64,000 nucleotides of DNA from an uncultured Parachlamydiaceae bacterium (GTDB taxonomy: Bacteria; Chlamydiota; Chlamydiia; Chlamydiales; Parachlamydiaceae): contig CAVULX010000003.1 in assembly GCA_963742415.1 (NCBI GenBank), forward strand, positions 768,001 through 832,000. The letters are read 5' to 3'. The notes below the pieces were generated by a model. That model worked only from the letters and a program-made list of their open reading frames with translations. It ran no database searches and was not told where the DNA came from. Shown here in pieces: positions 35,449-43,346 of this stretch. Each line of letters begins with the position of its first letter. The first letter of the stretch is position 1. The position numbers and the translations under genes were made by a program.

Positions 35449-36954
35449 TTATTTTTTTGGGGGTTGACTTTTTTGTTCTTTCAAAGCACATAGTTGCGAG
35501 GCAATTTTGACGTCGTCAAATTCAATGGTCTTATGGGCAAAGACTTGATAAGGTTCATGCCCTTTGCCGGCTATAAGGATGATATCTTCCGGATGCGCGC
35601 TCTCGATAGCTTTTGCGATGGCTTCCCGACGATCGATTTCTACAAGATAACTATCTTTTTTATGAAAACCTGTAATAATTTCTTTCACAATATCTGCAGG
35701 ATTTTCTGATCGGGGATTATCTGAGGTGACAATGGAAAGATCTGAATATTCTTCACTGGCCTGCGCCATCTTTGGCCGTTTCGAACGGTCCCGATCCCCT
35801 CCGCAGCCAAACACGGTGATCAACTGTCTTTTTTTGATTTCTTGCAAGCATTCCAACACATTGATCAAGGCGTCATCAGAGTGGGCAAAATCCACGTAGA
35901 TTTTTAAGCCCAAGCTGTTCGGAACCATCTGCAGCCGTCCTGGAACAGAAGGGGCTGTTTGTAAAATATCTAAAATGGCATCAAGAGGGGCTCCAAGGCT
36001 TATCCCTGTAGCCACAGCAGCCAAGCAATTATAAACATTAAAACGGCCCACTAAAGGAAATTTGAAAGGGTATGACCGGCCTTGATATGAGATGTCAAAG
36101 GAGGTGTAATCCGGAGCCAGTATGATATTGGAGGCATAACAGTCTGCGGGGTTGATGATCCCGTAAGTCAATGTTTGGGCTTGGCACCCTTTTAAAACAC
36201 GAGGGTGCCAGAAGCTGTCTACATTAACAATGGCAGTTTTGGTCGTATTTTTTCCCGGTTTCTTTTGAGAGGGATCTAAGGAGCGGAAAAGCTTATTTTT
36301 AACATCGCAATACTGCTCCATCGTATGGTGGTAATCGAGATGGTCTAAAGTAAGGTTGGTAAACACCGCGGCGTCGTAATGAATCCCGTCAGTCCGCCCT
36401 TGGTCAAGGGCATGGGAAGTGACCTCCATGACTGCGGAAGAGCACCCTTGGACAAGCATTTCCCTTAGCATCTTTTGGTTCGTCGTCACATCTGGGGTGG
36501 TCCTTGTAGCTTGGTACCGGTGCCGGCCTATAATATATTCGACAGTTCCGATCAGCCCGCAAGGTCCTTGGAGCTTGTCAAGAAGGTGTTTAATAAGAAA
36601 GGTCGTTGTGGTTTTTCCGTTCGTGCCGGTCACTCCGACCGTAAAAAGCTCGTTGCTGGGGAACTGATAATAACTTGCTGCTAGAAGCCCTTCAATGCTA
36701 GCGACGTGAGGGTGAACCAGCTGGGCAATATTTTTGAAAGAAGGATCATAGATATCTGTCAGGACAGCTACAGCGCCGGCTTCTATGGCTTCAGGAATGA
36801 ACGTAGCCCCATCATCGACGCGCCCCCTTTTAGCAATAAATAGATTTCCTGGAGCCACCAGCTTCGAGTTGGCACAAATTCCCGTGATCTCGATCTCTTT
36901 AGATCCTTTGAATTGCTTAAGAGGTAAGTTCTTAATAAGTTTTTTTAATTTCAT
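35449..36954 (-). CDS. murE: UDP-MurNAc-tripeptide synthetase
   Basis: GVTGTNGKTT, DHLDYH, VDFAH, SDNPR (meso-DAP type) and AGKGHE. Confidence 0.97.
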   Translation of the reverse strand: MKLKKLIKNLPLKQFKGSKEIEITGICANSKLVAPGNLFIAKRGRVDDGATFIPEAIEAGAVAVLTDIYDPSFKNIAQLVHPHVASIEGLLAASYYQFPSNELFTVGVTGTNGKTTTTFLIKHLLDKLQGPCGLIGTVEYIIGRHRYQATRTTPDVTTNQKMLREMLVQGCSSAVMEVTSHALDQGRTDGIHYDAAVFTNLTLDHLDYHHTMEQYCDVKNKLFRSLDPSQKKPGKNTTKTAIVNVDSFWHPRVLKGCQAQTLTYGIINPADCYASNIILAPDYTSFDISYQGRSYPFKFPLVGRFNVYNCLAAVATGISLGAPLDAILDILQTAPSVPGRLQMVPNSLGLKIYVDFAHSDDALINVLECLQEIKKRQLITVFGCGGDRDRSKRPKMAQASEEYSDLSIVTSDNPRSENPADIVKEIITGFHKKDSYLVEIDRREAIAKAIESAHPEDIILIAGKGHEPYQVFAHKTIEFDDVKIASQLCALKEQKSQPPKK

Positions 36955-38974
36955 TCCGTTTTTGCTTGTCACTTAAATCATGGTTATTCCACTTTTCATA
37001 CATTTCTTGCAACTGTCTCGTTTCTTTGGCCCAGTCGGCTTTATTAGGATCGTATCTTGGATCACCCACAGGATAGCCGTAAGGATCATCGGGGGGGATT
37101 CCTAAATATTCCAAGACACGTTTGGCGATTTCCCTAAATACGGGAGTAGCGCAGGTTCCCCCGTGGTGATTTTTTCCAAGTCCCGGGACAAAGCCATATT
37201 CCGGTTCATCCATGGTGACGACGATGACAAAAGCAGGGTGATTGACGGGGGTAAACCCGACGAATGTAGAGCAGTAGAGTATGTTCGAATAAACACCGTT
37301 GATGACTTTTTGAGCGGTTCCCGATTTCCCTGCTTCCGTGTAGCCTGGAACATCGGCGCGGCGGCATGTGCCTCCCGGTTTTGTTGAGTATTTTAAAGCC
37401 GTCGTCACTCGCCGGGCAATGTCTTCATTGAGGACTCGAGGAAATCGGAGAATTCTGTCAGGTTTTGTATGATCCAATAAGATCTCTTCCGAACCATCGG
37501 AGTGGGTTTTCACGATTTTTTTTATTAAAGTTGGCTGGACAAGAAACCCACCGTTGGCAAAAATAGCGAAAGCGCGGGCGATTTGGAGGGAGCTGGCTTG
37601 GATGTTATGCCCCATGGCAAGGGAGTAAGGAGTTGGAACAGACCATTCTAAAGCTCCGTTAGGATGCTTTTTGCCTGGGGTTGGGACAAGCCCGATCCCC
37701 TCAGATGGCAATTCAATCCCTGTTTTCTCCCCAAAGCCAAAAGTATCGTGTAGAGCCCGTTTGTACCAATTGTTCCCCATCTGTTGAATGACTTTATCAA
37801 TTAACCTGGCGACGTAAATATTGGAAGATTTTCGGATGGCCATATTCATGTTCAAAAAGGAATGCATGTGCAAATCTTTTAAAGGCTTGCGTCCAGGAAA
37901 ACGGCAGTCGGAGGTGGCCATTTTTTCTTCAGGGTCAAAAAGTGGCGCTTTTCCCAGGGCCTTAAGTTCCTGATTGGCTTTAAGCGCTATAGCCACAGTG
38001 ATGGGTTTCATGACCGATCCAGGCTCATTCGCGTCGACAACGGCTTTAATGCGTGCATCGTCTATCCGCTTAGGATCAGCATAATAGGTTTGGTACTCAG
38101 AAGGGTTAAAAAAGGGGTAATGGGCTAAGGCGAGAATCTCTCCGGTTCTGGGCTCTAACAGGATGGCCCACCCAGATTTAGCTTTACAATTTTGGACTCC
38201 TCGAGCTAATTCCTCCTCGGCAATGGCTTGTAAATAATGGTTGATCGTTAAGTAAATATCAGCACCATTCTCCGGCGATGCAATGACTTCTCCAAGCTCT
38301 AAAGAATGTCGAGGGGATCTCATGAGGCGCCTTTTTCCCTCTTTTCCTTTTAAATATTGATTGAAATAAAGTTCTAGGCCTCCCGTGGGAATGGCTTGCC
38401 CTGTTTTTTCGTCTTTTAGATTTTGGACCGTCTGTAAGACTTGCCCAAGAAGTTTGCCAAAAGGATAAGAGCGTTGATAGTCATGGGTAAAAAACAGCGC
38501 ATTCCGGGGGATCCGATGGTTCTTCGCATAAGAAAGCCACCAGTTTGATATTTGGTCGCGCGTATCCTTGTCCAGCCACATAGCCAGCTTTCGGTCACGG
38601 CTTTTTAAGAGAAAATGGGTGATAAACTGTTTTTTTTCTTCTTGCGGAACATTTAATAATGCCATGAGCTCTAAGAAAATGGTCTTTTTGAACTCTTGAG
38701 GAATAGATTCCGGATCAATATGCAAGTGGAATGTCAAAATATCAGTAACCAGTTTCTGGGGGATTTCCGGATGATCTTGCTTGATAGCAGTATTTGAGTA
38801 GAATGAACCCCGTAAAAAAGGCTCTTTGACAACAAAAAAATGCTGTTTGGTTGCTTCTCGAGCCCATTTATCCCCCTCCTGAACTTGAATGGTGTAAAAC
38901 TGAGCGACTAAAAGCCCGAATAGCGAAAAAAGGAAAAGGGCTAAACAAACTAAACGTTTTCTTCCAGAGATCAT
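36932..38974 (-). CDS. ftsI: Penicillin-binding protein 3
   Basis: EPGSVMK (SxxK), SSN and KSGT; between ftsL and murE. Confidence 0.93.
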   Translation of the reverse strand: MISGRKRLVCLALFLFSLFGLLVAQFYTIQVQEGDKWAREATKQHFFVVKEPFLRGSFYSNTAIKQDHPEIPQKLVTDILTFHLHIDPESIPQEFKKTIFLELMALLNVPQEEKKQFITHFLLKSRDRKLAMWLDKDTRDQISNWWLSYAKNHRIPRNALFFTHDYQRSYPFGKLLGQVLQTVQNLKDEKTGQAIPTGGLELYFNQYLKGKEGKRRLMRSPRHSLELGEVIASPENGADIYLTINHYLQAIAEEELARGVQNCKAKSGWAILLEPRTGEILALAHYPFFNPSEYQTYYADPKRIDDARIKAVVDANEPGSVMKPITVAIALKANQELKALGKAPLFDPEEKMATSDCRFPGRKPLKDLHMHSFLNMNMAIRKSSNIYVARLIDKVIQQMGNNWYKRALHDTFGFGEKTGIELPSEGIGLVPTPGKKHPNGALEWSVPTPYSLAMGHNIQASSLQIARAFAIFANGGFLVQPTLIKKIVKTHSDGSEEILLDHTKPDRILRFPRVLNEDIARRVTTALKYSTKPGGTCRRADVPGYTEAGKSGTAQKVINGVYSNILYCSTFVGFTPVNHPAFVIVVTMDEPEYGFVPGLGKNHHGGTCATPVFREIAKRVLEYLGIPPDDPYGYPVGDPRYDPNKADWAKETRQLQEMYEKWNNHDLSDKQKRNEIKKTY

Positions 38975-39294
38975 TGGGGAGATTCCTCTAAAGTCAAAGG
39001 AGGGGGTTCCGGTAAGGTAATCACACTGGAAGTATAGGGGTATTTGAGATGGGTAAATTCAGGTCTTCGTGATAATTCCATCAAATGGATCGGATTTTCG
39101 AACCGGTCAATTTGGAATTGCAGTCGGGCGTTTTCTTCTTGAATGCCTTTCACTTCTTTTTGTAAGGAGGGAAGAGCGAGTCGCAATTCGACGAGTTCAT
39201 TTTGCTTATCGATGTAAGCATACAGGGTCCATCCAATCGCAAAGATGCAGATCAAAACACGCAGACTGGTCCAAAGGGTGTTTGATGCTCTCAT
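38971..39294 (-). CDS. ftsL: Cell division protein FtsL-like
   Basis: TM plus coiled coil, between rsmH and ftsI. Confidence 0.8.
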   Translation of the reverse strand: MRASNTLWTSLRVLICIFAIGWTLYAYIDKQNELVELRLALPSLQKEVKGIQEENARLQFQIDRFENPIHLMELSRRPEFTHLKYPYTSSVITLPEPPPLTLEESPQ

Positions 39295-40226
39295 AATTTT
39301 TCTATCACCCGAAGTTTTGCACTCCGGCTCCGGGGGTTCCGTTCTATTTCTGAGGCGTTGGCAATGACAGGTTTTTTTGTGATCACCTTGATCGAAGGGG
39401 GTTTATCCCGAAATAAGCCCCCTAAACCCGAGGTGTCCTCTTTATCGGAAGCTTCATACTGAAAAAAATGTTTCACAATCCGATCCTCTAAACTATGAAA
39501 ACTTATTACAGCTAGTCTCCCCCCTTGCCTTAAGCTTTTCAACGCTTGAGGCAGGACGGCGCGCAATGCCTCCAGCTCCCCATTGACAAAAATCCGAAGT
39601 CCTTGAAAGACAAGAGTAAGTGGATTGATATCCTTTTTTGCTCTCCGCTTTAATATCGGATATAACGTATCAGCCAAATCTTTCGTCGTCTGAAAGGGCT
39701 TCTTTTCCCTCCTTTTGACGATAGTTCTTGCCGCAAGCTTCCACTGCTTTTCTTCCCCATAATCACGTAAAATTTTCCCAATTTCAACCTCGGACCAAGT
39801 ATTGATAACGACTGCAGCGGTCAAGGGGTTGTCGGGATCCATCCTCATGTCTAAAGGTCCTTCATGCATAAAACTGAACCCTTTTTCAGGCATGTTTAAC
39901 TGCATAGATGAAACCCCCAAATCGATTAAAATTCCATCCAAGGGAGGGAGGTTTAAGGAACCCAAAATTGTATGGAAATCACGAAAGTTTCCAGGGATGA
40001 AGGTCGACTTTTCCTTCCATGGCAGGAGTTGTTGCATGGCGATTTGACGGGCGGCAGGATCTTGGTCGATCCCAACAAATCGGACGATCTCAGGATGGGA
40101 AGTCAATAGGGCTTTGGCATGGCCCGCCGCACCTAGAGTGCAATCAACAAAAGTGGGAATCTGAAGGTCTTTGAAAAAAAAGAGAATTTCATCAAGAAGA
40201 ACAGGAGTATGAGCCGATGATGACAT
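39291..40226 (-). CDS. rsmH: 16S rRNA m4C1402 methyltransferase
   Basis: HTPVLL, DLGVSSMQL, PLDMRM, SFHSLEDR and NPRSRSAKLR. Confidence 0.98.
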   Translation of the reverse strand: MSSSAHTPVLLDEILFFFKDLQIPTFVDCTLGAAGHAKALLTSHPEIVRFVGIDQDPAARQIAMQQLLPWKEKSTFIPGNFRDFHTILGSLNLPPLDGILIDLGVSSMQLNMPEKGFSFMHEGPLDMRMDPDNPLTAAVVINTWSEVEIGKILRDYGEEKQWKLAARTIVKRREKKPFQTTKDLADTLYPILKRRAKKDINPLTLVFQGLRIFVNGELEALRAVLPQALKSLRQGGRLAVISFHSLEDRIVKHFFQYEASDKEDTSGLGGLFRDKPPSIKVITKKPVIANASEIERNPRSRSAKLRVIEKL

Positions 40227-40300
40227 AAAGAAAACCTTACCAAAATATCTAATAGTTGATAAAATTAATATGTGGAGTTGGTACTCTTAATCGAGGTGAT

Positions 40301-40750
40301 ATGGCTACTATTGACAAATTAGATTTAAGTGTCTACAACCTTTATGCCATTCGCACCAAAATGATCGAACAGATCGAGGAGCAGATCCCGATTGCCAAGG
40401 CGGGAACCATCCCTCCTCATACGACGATTTTTGGGACTTTCCAACAGTTGACTGAAATCGATATCCTCCTTGGCGTTGTTCCATTGTTTACCCCTTGGGC
40501 TTATTTTTACCCCCCAAAAAATTTTCGTAACCAAAGGCGTTCATCTTTTGCTTTTTATAGGGTCGCACCTTCTCTGGGATCCTTCAAAGAACAAGAAGAG
40601 GAAGAAGCGCGTTTAGCTGCCATCCCATGTGCAAACCCCCAAGAAGAAGCACAAAAAGCATCCCTAACCTCTTGTTTCAAAATGATCAGTAAGCTGAATG
40701 GATGGCTCAGTTTCATTGTTGGACGCGTCGGCCAGTTCCTACAAGGGTAA
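40301..40750 (+). CDS. Conserved chlamydial hypothetical protein (CT273-like position)
   Basis: GAGGTG RBS before ATG 40301; divergent from rsmH and followed by a TPR gene, as recalled for chlamydial synteny. Confidence 0.7.
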   Translation: MATIDKLDLSVYNLYAIRTKMIEQIEEQIPIAKAGTIPPHTTIFGTFQQLTEIDILLGVVPLFTPWAYFYPPKNFRNQRRSSFAFYRVAPSLGSFKEQEEEEARLAAIPCANPQEEAQKASLTSCFKMISKLNGWLSFIVGRVGQFLQG

Positions 40751-40757
40751 TCTGTAG

Positions 40758-41153
40758 ATGAGTACAAAAAATTGGCTTCAGGAATTGGGATGGAATGAAG
40801 AGCAGGTTGAAGATCTCCGTTTCACAGGGTTTGCTTACATTCGACAAGGTAAGTACGATATAGCTTTGCCTTTCTTCGAAGCCCTTGTCGTCTTAGAGCC
40901 TGAAAGCTCTTACGACGCCCAAACTTTGGGCGCCCTTTATCTCCAACTTAACAATCCTGTAAAGGCTTTAAAGGCCATCGATAAAGCTCTTAAATTGGAC
41001 GCCGATCATGCACCTACCCTCCTCAATTTGACGAAAGCCCTCCTTATGTTGGGGCGGACGGACGATGCTTTAAAACTCGCCAATATCCTTAAAAATGAAC
41101 AAGATCCGATGATTTCCAATATCGCTAAAGCCCTGATTTTAGCTTGGAGTTAA
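40758..41153 (+). CDS. TPR protein, T3S class II chaperone-like (CT274-like)
   Basis: YIRQGKYDIALPFFEAL...QTLGALYLQ...TLLNLTKALL. Confidence 0.8.
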   Translation: MSTKNWLQELGWNEEQVEDLRFTGFAYIRQGKYDIALPFFEALVVLEPESSYDAQTLGALYLQLNNPVKALKAIDKALKLDADHAPTLLNLTKALLMLGRTDDALKLANILKNEQDPMISNIAKALILAWS

Positions 41154-41173
41154 CAACTCAGGTTATAACAGCA

Positions 41174-41222
41174 AGAAAGCCAAAAACCACAGCGATTGCG
41201 TCTCTGTGGTTTTTGGCTTTCT
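41174..41222. terminator. Bidirectional terminator hairpin between convergent genes
   Basis: Perfect 19-bp stem AGAAAGCCAAAAACCACAG / CTGTGGTTTTTGGCTTTCT. Confidence 0.85.
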
Positions 41223-41251
41223 CTGATTTTCTATTTTTCCATTATCTACGA

Positions 41252-42007
41252 TCATTCTCGATTGGCTGCAGAACGCTTGTCTTTCATCTTTTGGTAAACA
41301 AGACGAACAGCTAAGTTTTTATCTGATAAAGCGCATTTTCCTCGCCCTTTACAGGCGCTTTGGCCAGCACAGTTATTGTTACTGCTTCGGCAGGCATTTA
41401 AATGGGAACAGACATTCGTCGCAGCACAACGGGTACTCGCCACCTGTAAAGCTAAAGCTTTACCTGCGGGTGAAAGGCTTTCATAGAGTTTGATTCCATC
41501 TTTGTTGAGTTCTAGCTTGAGCTCTTCTTCCGACATCAAATGATAACCTAAATTACCATCGTTAGGATCACTGTTGGAGTCAGAATTGTTTGAATTGCCG
41601 CCAGAATTTTTATCAAGATTTTTAATTGGCAACTTGGTTTGGGTAGGGTCCCGATCGGCGATGCTGCCGCATCCATGGCTGCAACTGTGATCCCATGCTG
41701 GGGCGTTGCGATCGGCGATGCTGCCGCATCCATGGCTGCAACTGTGATCCCACGAAGGGGCGCCACGGTTGCCTAGGCTGCCGCACCCATGGCTGCAACT
41801 GTGATCCCAGGAAGGGTTGCTTGAGTCTGCTAAGCCTGGACATCCATTTTTCCCTTTGCATGCATGCTTTGTCGCTGCCGCAAGCATTTGACCTGACACC
41901 GGATTATCGCTGCTTTCATCGGCAAATGCCGCACCGGTTTGACTTGATATAAACAGTCCGCTCGCCATTCCCATTAAGGCTAAATTTTTCAAATCCCGTT
42001 TTTTCAT
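41252..42007 (-). CDS. Exported Cys-rich repeat protein B (3x PxWDHSCSHGCGS; C-terminal BufA2-like six-Cys domain); candidate RiPP or metal-binding precursor
   Basis: AAGGAG RBS, signal peptide ending AAFA, 14 Cys; paralogue of 42088..43125. Confidence 0.75.
   Translation of the reverse strand: MKKRDLKNLALMGMASGLFISSQTGAAFADESSDNPVSGQMLAAATKHACKGKNGCPGLADSSNPSWDHSCSHGCGSLGNRGAPSWDHSCSHGCGSIADRNAPAWDHSCSHGCGSIADRDPTQTKLPIKNLDKNSGGNSNNSDSNSDPNDGNLGYHLMSEEELKLELNKDGIKLYESLSPAGKALALQVASTRCAATNVCSHLNACRSSNNNCAGQSACKGRGKCALSDKNLAVRLVYQKMKDKRSAANRE
41652..41816. repeat. 57-nt coding tandem repeat, 3 copies
   Basis: Units start at 41652, 41709 and 41766; shared core CCATGGCTGCAACTGTGATCCCA. Confidence 0.95.
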
Positions 42008-42037
42008 TGAAGTAACTCCTTGTGTTGCAGGGGACTA

Positions 42038-42074
42038 TTCCATGAGAACCGGCCCTAAAGCCGGTTCCATGGAA
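42038..42074. other. Intergenic hairpin between the two Cys-rich paralogues
   Basis: TTCCATG-a-GAACCGGC-cctaaa-GCCGGTTC-CATGGAA; no U-tract on the coding (-) strand. Confidence 0.75.
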
Positions 42075-42087
42075 ATTTTAGTTTTGA

Positions 42088-43125
42088 TTACTTTGTATTC
42101 ATCATGGCACGCTTATCAGCCATTTTTTTAGCTGCTACTTTCACAGCTAAATTTTTGTCTTTAAAAGCGCATTTGCTTTGTCCAGCGCATCCAGCCATTC
42201 CAGCGCAGGAATTTTTATCTGTCCTGCAAGAATTTAATCCTTTGCAATCATTTTTTCCTTTGCAGGAGGAGCTAGCAAGTTTAAGAGCTAAAGCTTGGCC
42301 TTCTGGACTCAATTTGTTGAAGGCGTCTTTTCCTTCGTCATTGAGTTGATCCACCAATTGATCTTTGGTCAATTGAGTAGATTGGCCGCTTTTTGCTTCC
42401 CCGTTGGTTTGCGCGGTGAAAGTACGGCTTCTATAGGACCTATAGCTGTTGGGATTGTCACTTCCTGGGGTTTGGTTTGGTTTTCCTGTCCCTGTGCCTG
42501 TGCCGCTAGAGGAGTTGTCGTCATCGTTTTGTGCTGTCAATGAATTACGGCGGTTATTGTAGCTTGTTGGGCTGTTGCTTTGAGGTTGAGATTGATTGTC
42601 TGGCATCATCTTTTGAGGCATTGGAGGATATGTCTGAGGCTTGTTCCCTTCACCTGTTTGGGGAGGTTGAGGTTGATAGCCATTGTATCCTTGCTGGCGG
42701 GGATAATTACCGGAACCCATGCTGTTGCAGCCTTGGCTGCCAGAGTAATAGCCGCCGGAACCCATGCTGCTGCAGCTGTGGCCGCCGGAGTAATAGCCGC
42801 CGGAACCCATGCTGCTGCAGCTTTGGCCGCCAGAGTAATAACCGCCAGAACCCATGCTGCTGCAGCTATGGCTGCCAGAGTAATAGCCGCCGGAACCCAT
42901 GCTGCTGCAGCCTTGAGTACTTCCGGAATAATATCCACCATCATAGTATCCGCCACCGCCAGAAGATTGCCCGTGGCACCCATGCATCCCTCCACAACTT
43001 CCCCCAGCAAGCAATTGCTCAGTAACTAGCCCTTCGGTTTGCTCAGCTTGCAATGCTCCTTGTGTCATTAGTATGCCCCCGGTAATCCCCAGAAGGGCCA
43101 ACTTTTTCATATCTTTCTTTTTCAT
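42088..43125 (-). CDS. Exported Cys-rich repeat protein A (5x GGYYSGxxxCSSMGS; C-terminal BufA2-like six-Cys domain); candidate RiPP or metal-binding precursor
   Basis: GAGGAG RBS, signal peptide ending ALQA, 13 Cys. Confidence 0.75.
   Translation of the reverse strand: MKKKDMKKLALLGITGGILMTQGALQAEQTEGLVTEQLLAGGSCGGMHGCHGQSSGGGGYYDGGYYSGSTQGCSSMGSGGYYSGSHSCSSMGSGGYYSGGQSCSSMGSGGYYSGGHSCSSMGSGGYYSGSQGCNSMGSGNYPRQQGYNGYQPQPPQTGEGNKPQTYPPMPQKMMPDNQSQPQSNSPTSYNNRRNSLTAQNDDDNSSSGTGTGTGKPNQTPGSDNPNSYRSYRSRTFTAQTNGEAKSGQSTQLTKDQLVDQLNDEGKDAFNKLSPEGQALALKLASSSCKGKNDCKGLNSCRTDKNSCAGMAGCAGQSKCAFKDKNLAVKVAAKKMADKRAMMNTK
42711..42939. repeat. 45-nt coding tandem repeat, 5 copies
   Basis: C(G/A)GAACCCATGCTG recurs at 42711, 42756, 42801, 42846 and 42891. 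Confidence 0.95.
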
Positions 43126-43346
43126 AAACGAACTCCTCTTTAGTTATTTTGCTATTCAAAAAAAAATCACATGCAAGGATATAAAAAAATATCTATCATT
43201 ATTTGTAGTCTAAAGCAAGAAATTTTTGAAAAAATGATCTATGAGAATCTTTTTGCGTCTTCTCCTAAATTTTAAGTTTTATGAATACTTGGTAATTCGT
43301 TAAAATATGAAGAACATTGAAAATTTGTTAAATTATTAGAGGAAAA

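Noticed and set aside
41652..42939. Possible CRISPR array
   Set aside because: The units are in-frame multiples of 3 inside ORFs, lack unique spacers of CRISPR length, and no cas genes are present.
41548..43029. Alternative-frame and antisense ORFs with repeats (RRNPCCCS, AAAAWVP, GSQLQPW)
   Set aside because: They are shadows of the 45-nt and 57-nt coding repeats; only the two minus-strand ORFs have an RBS, a signal peptide and the shared paralogous domain.
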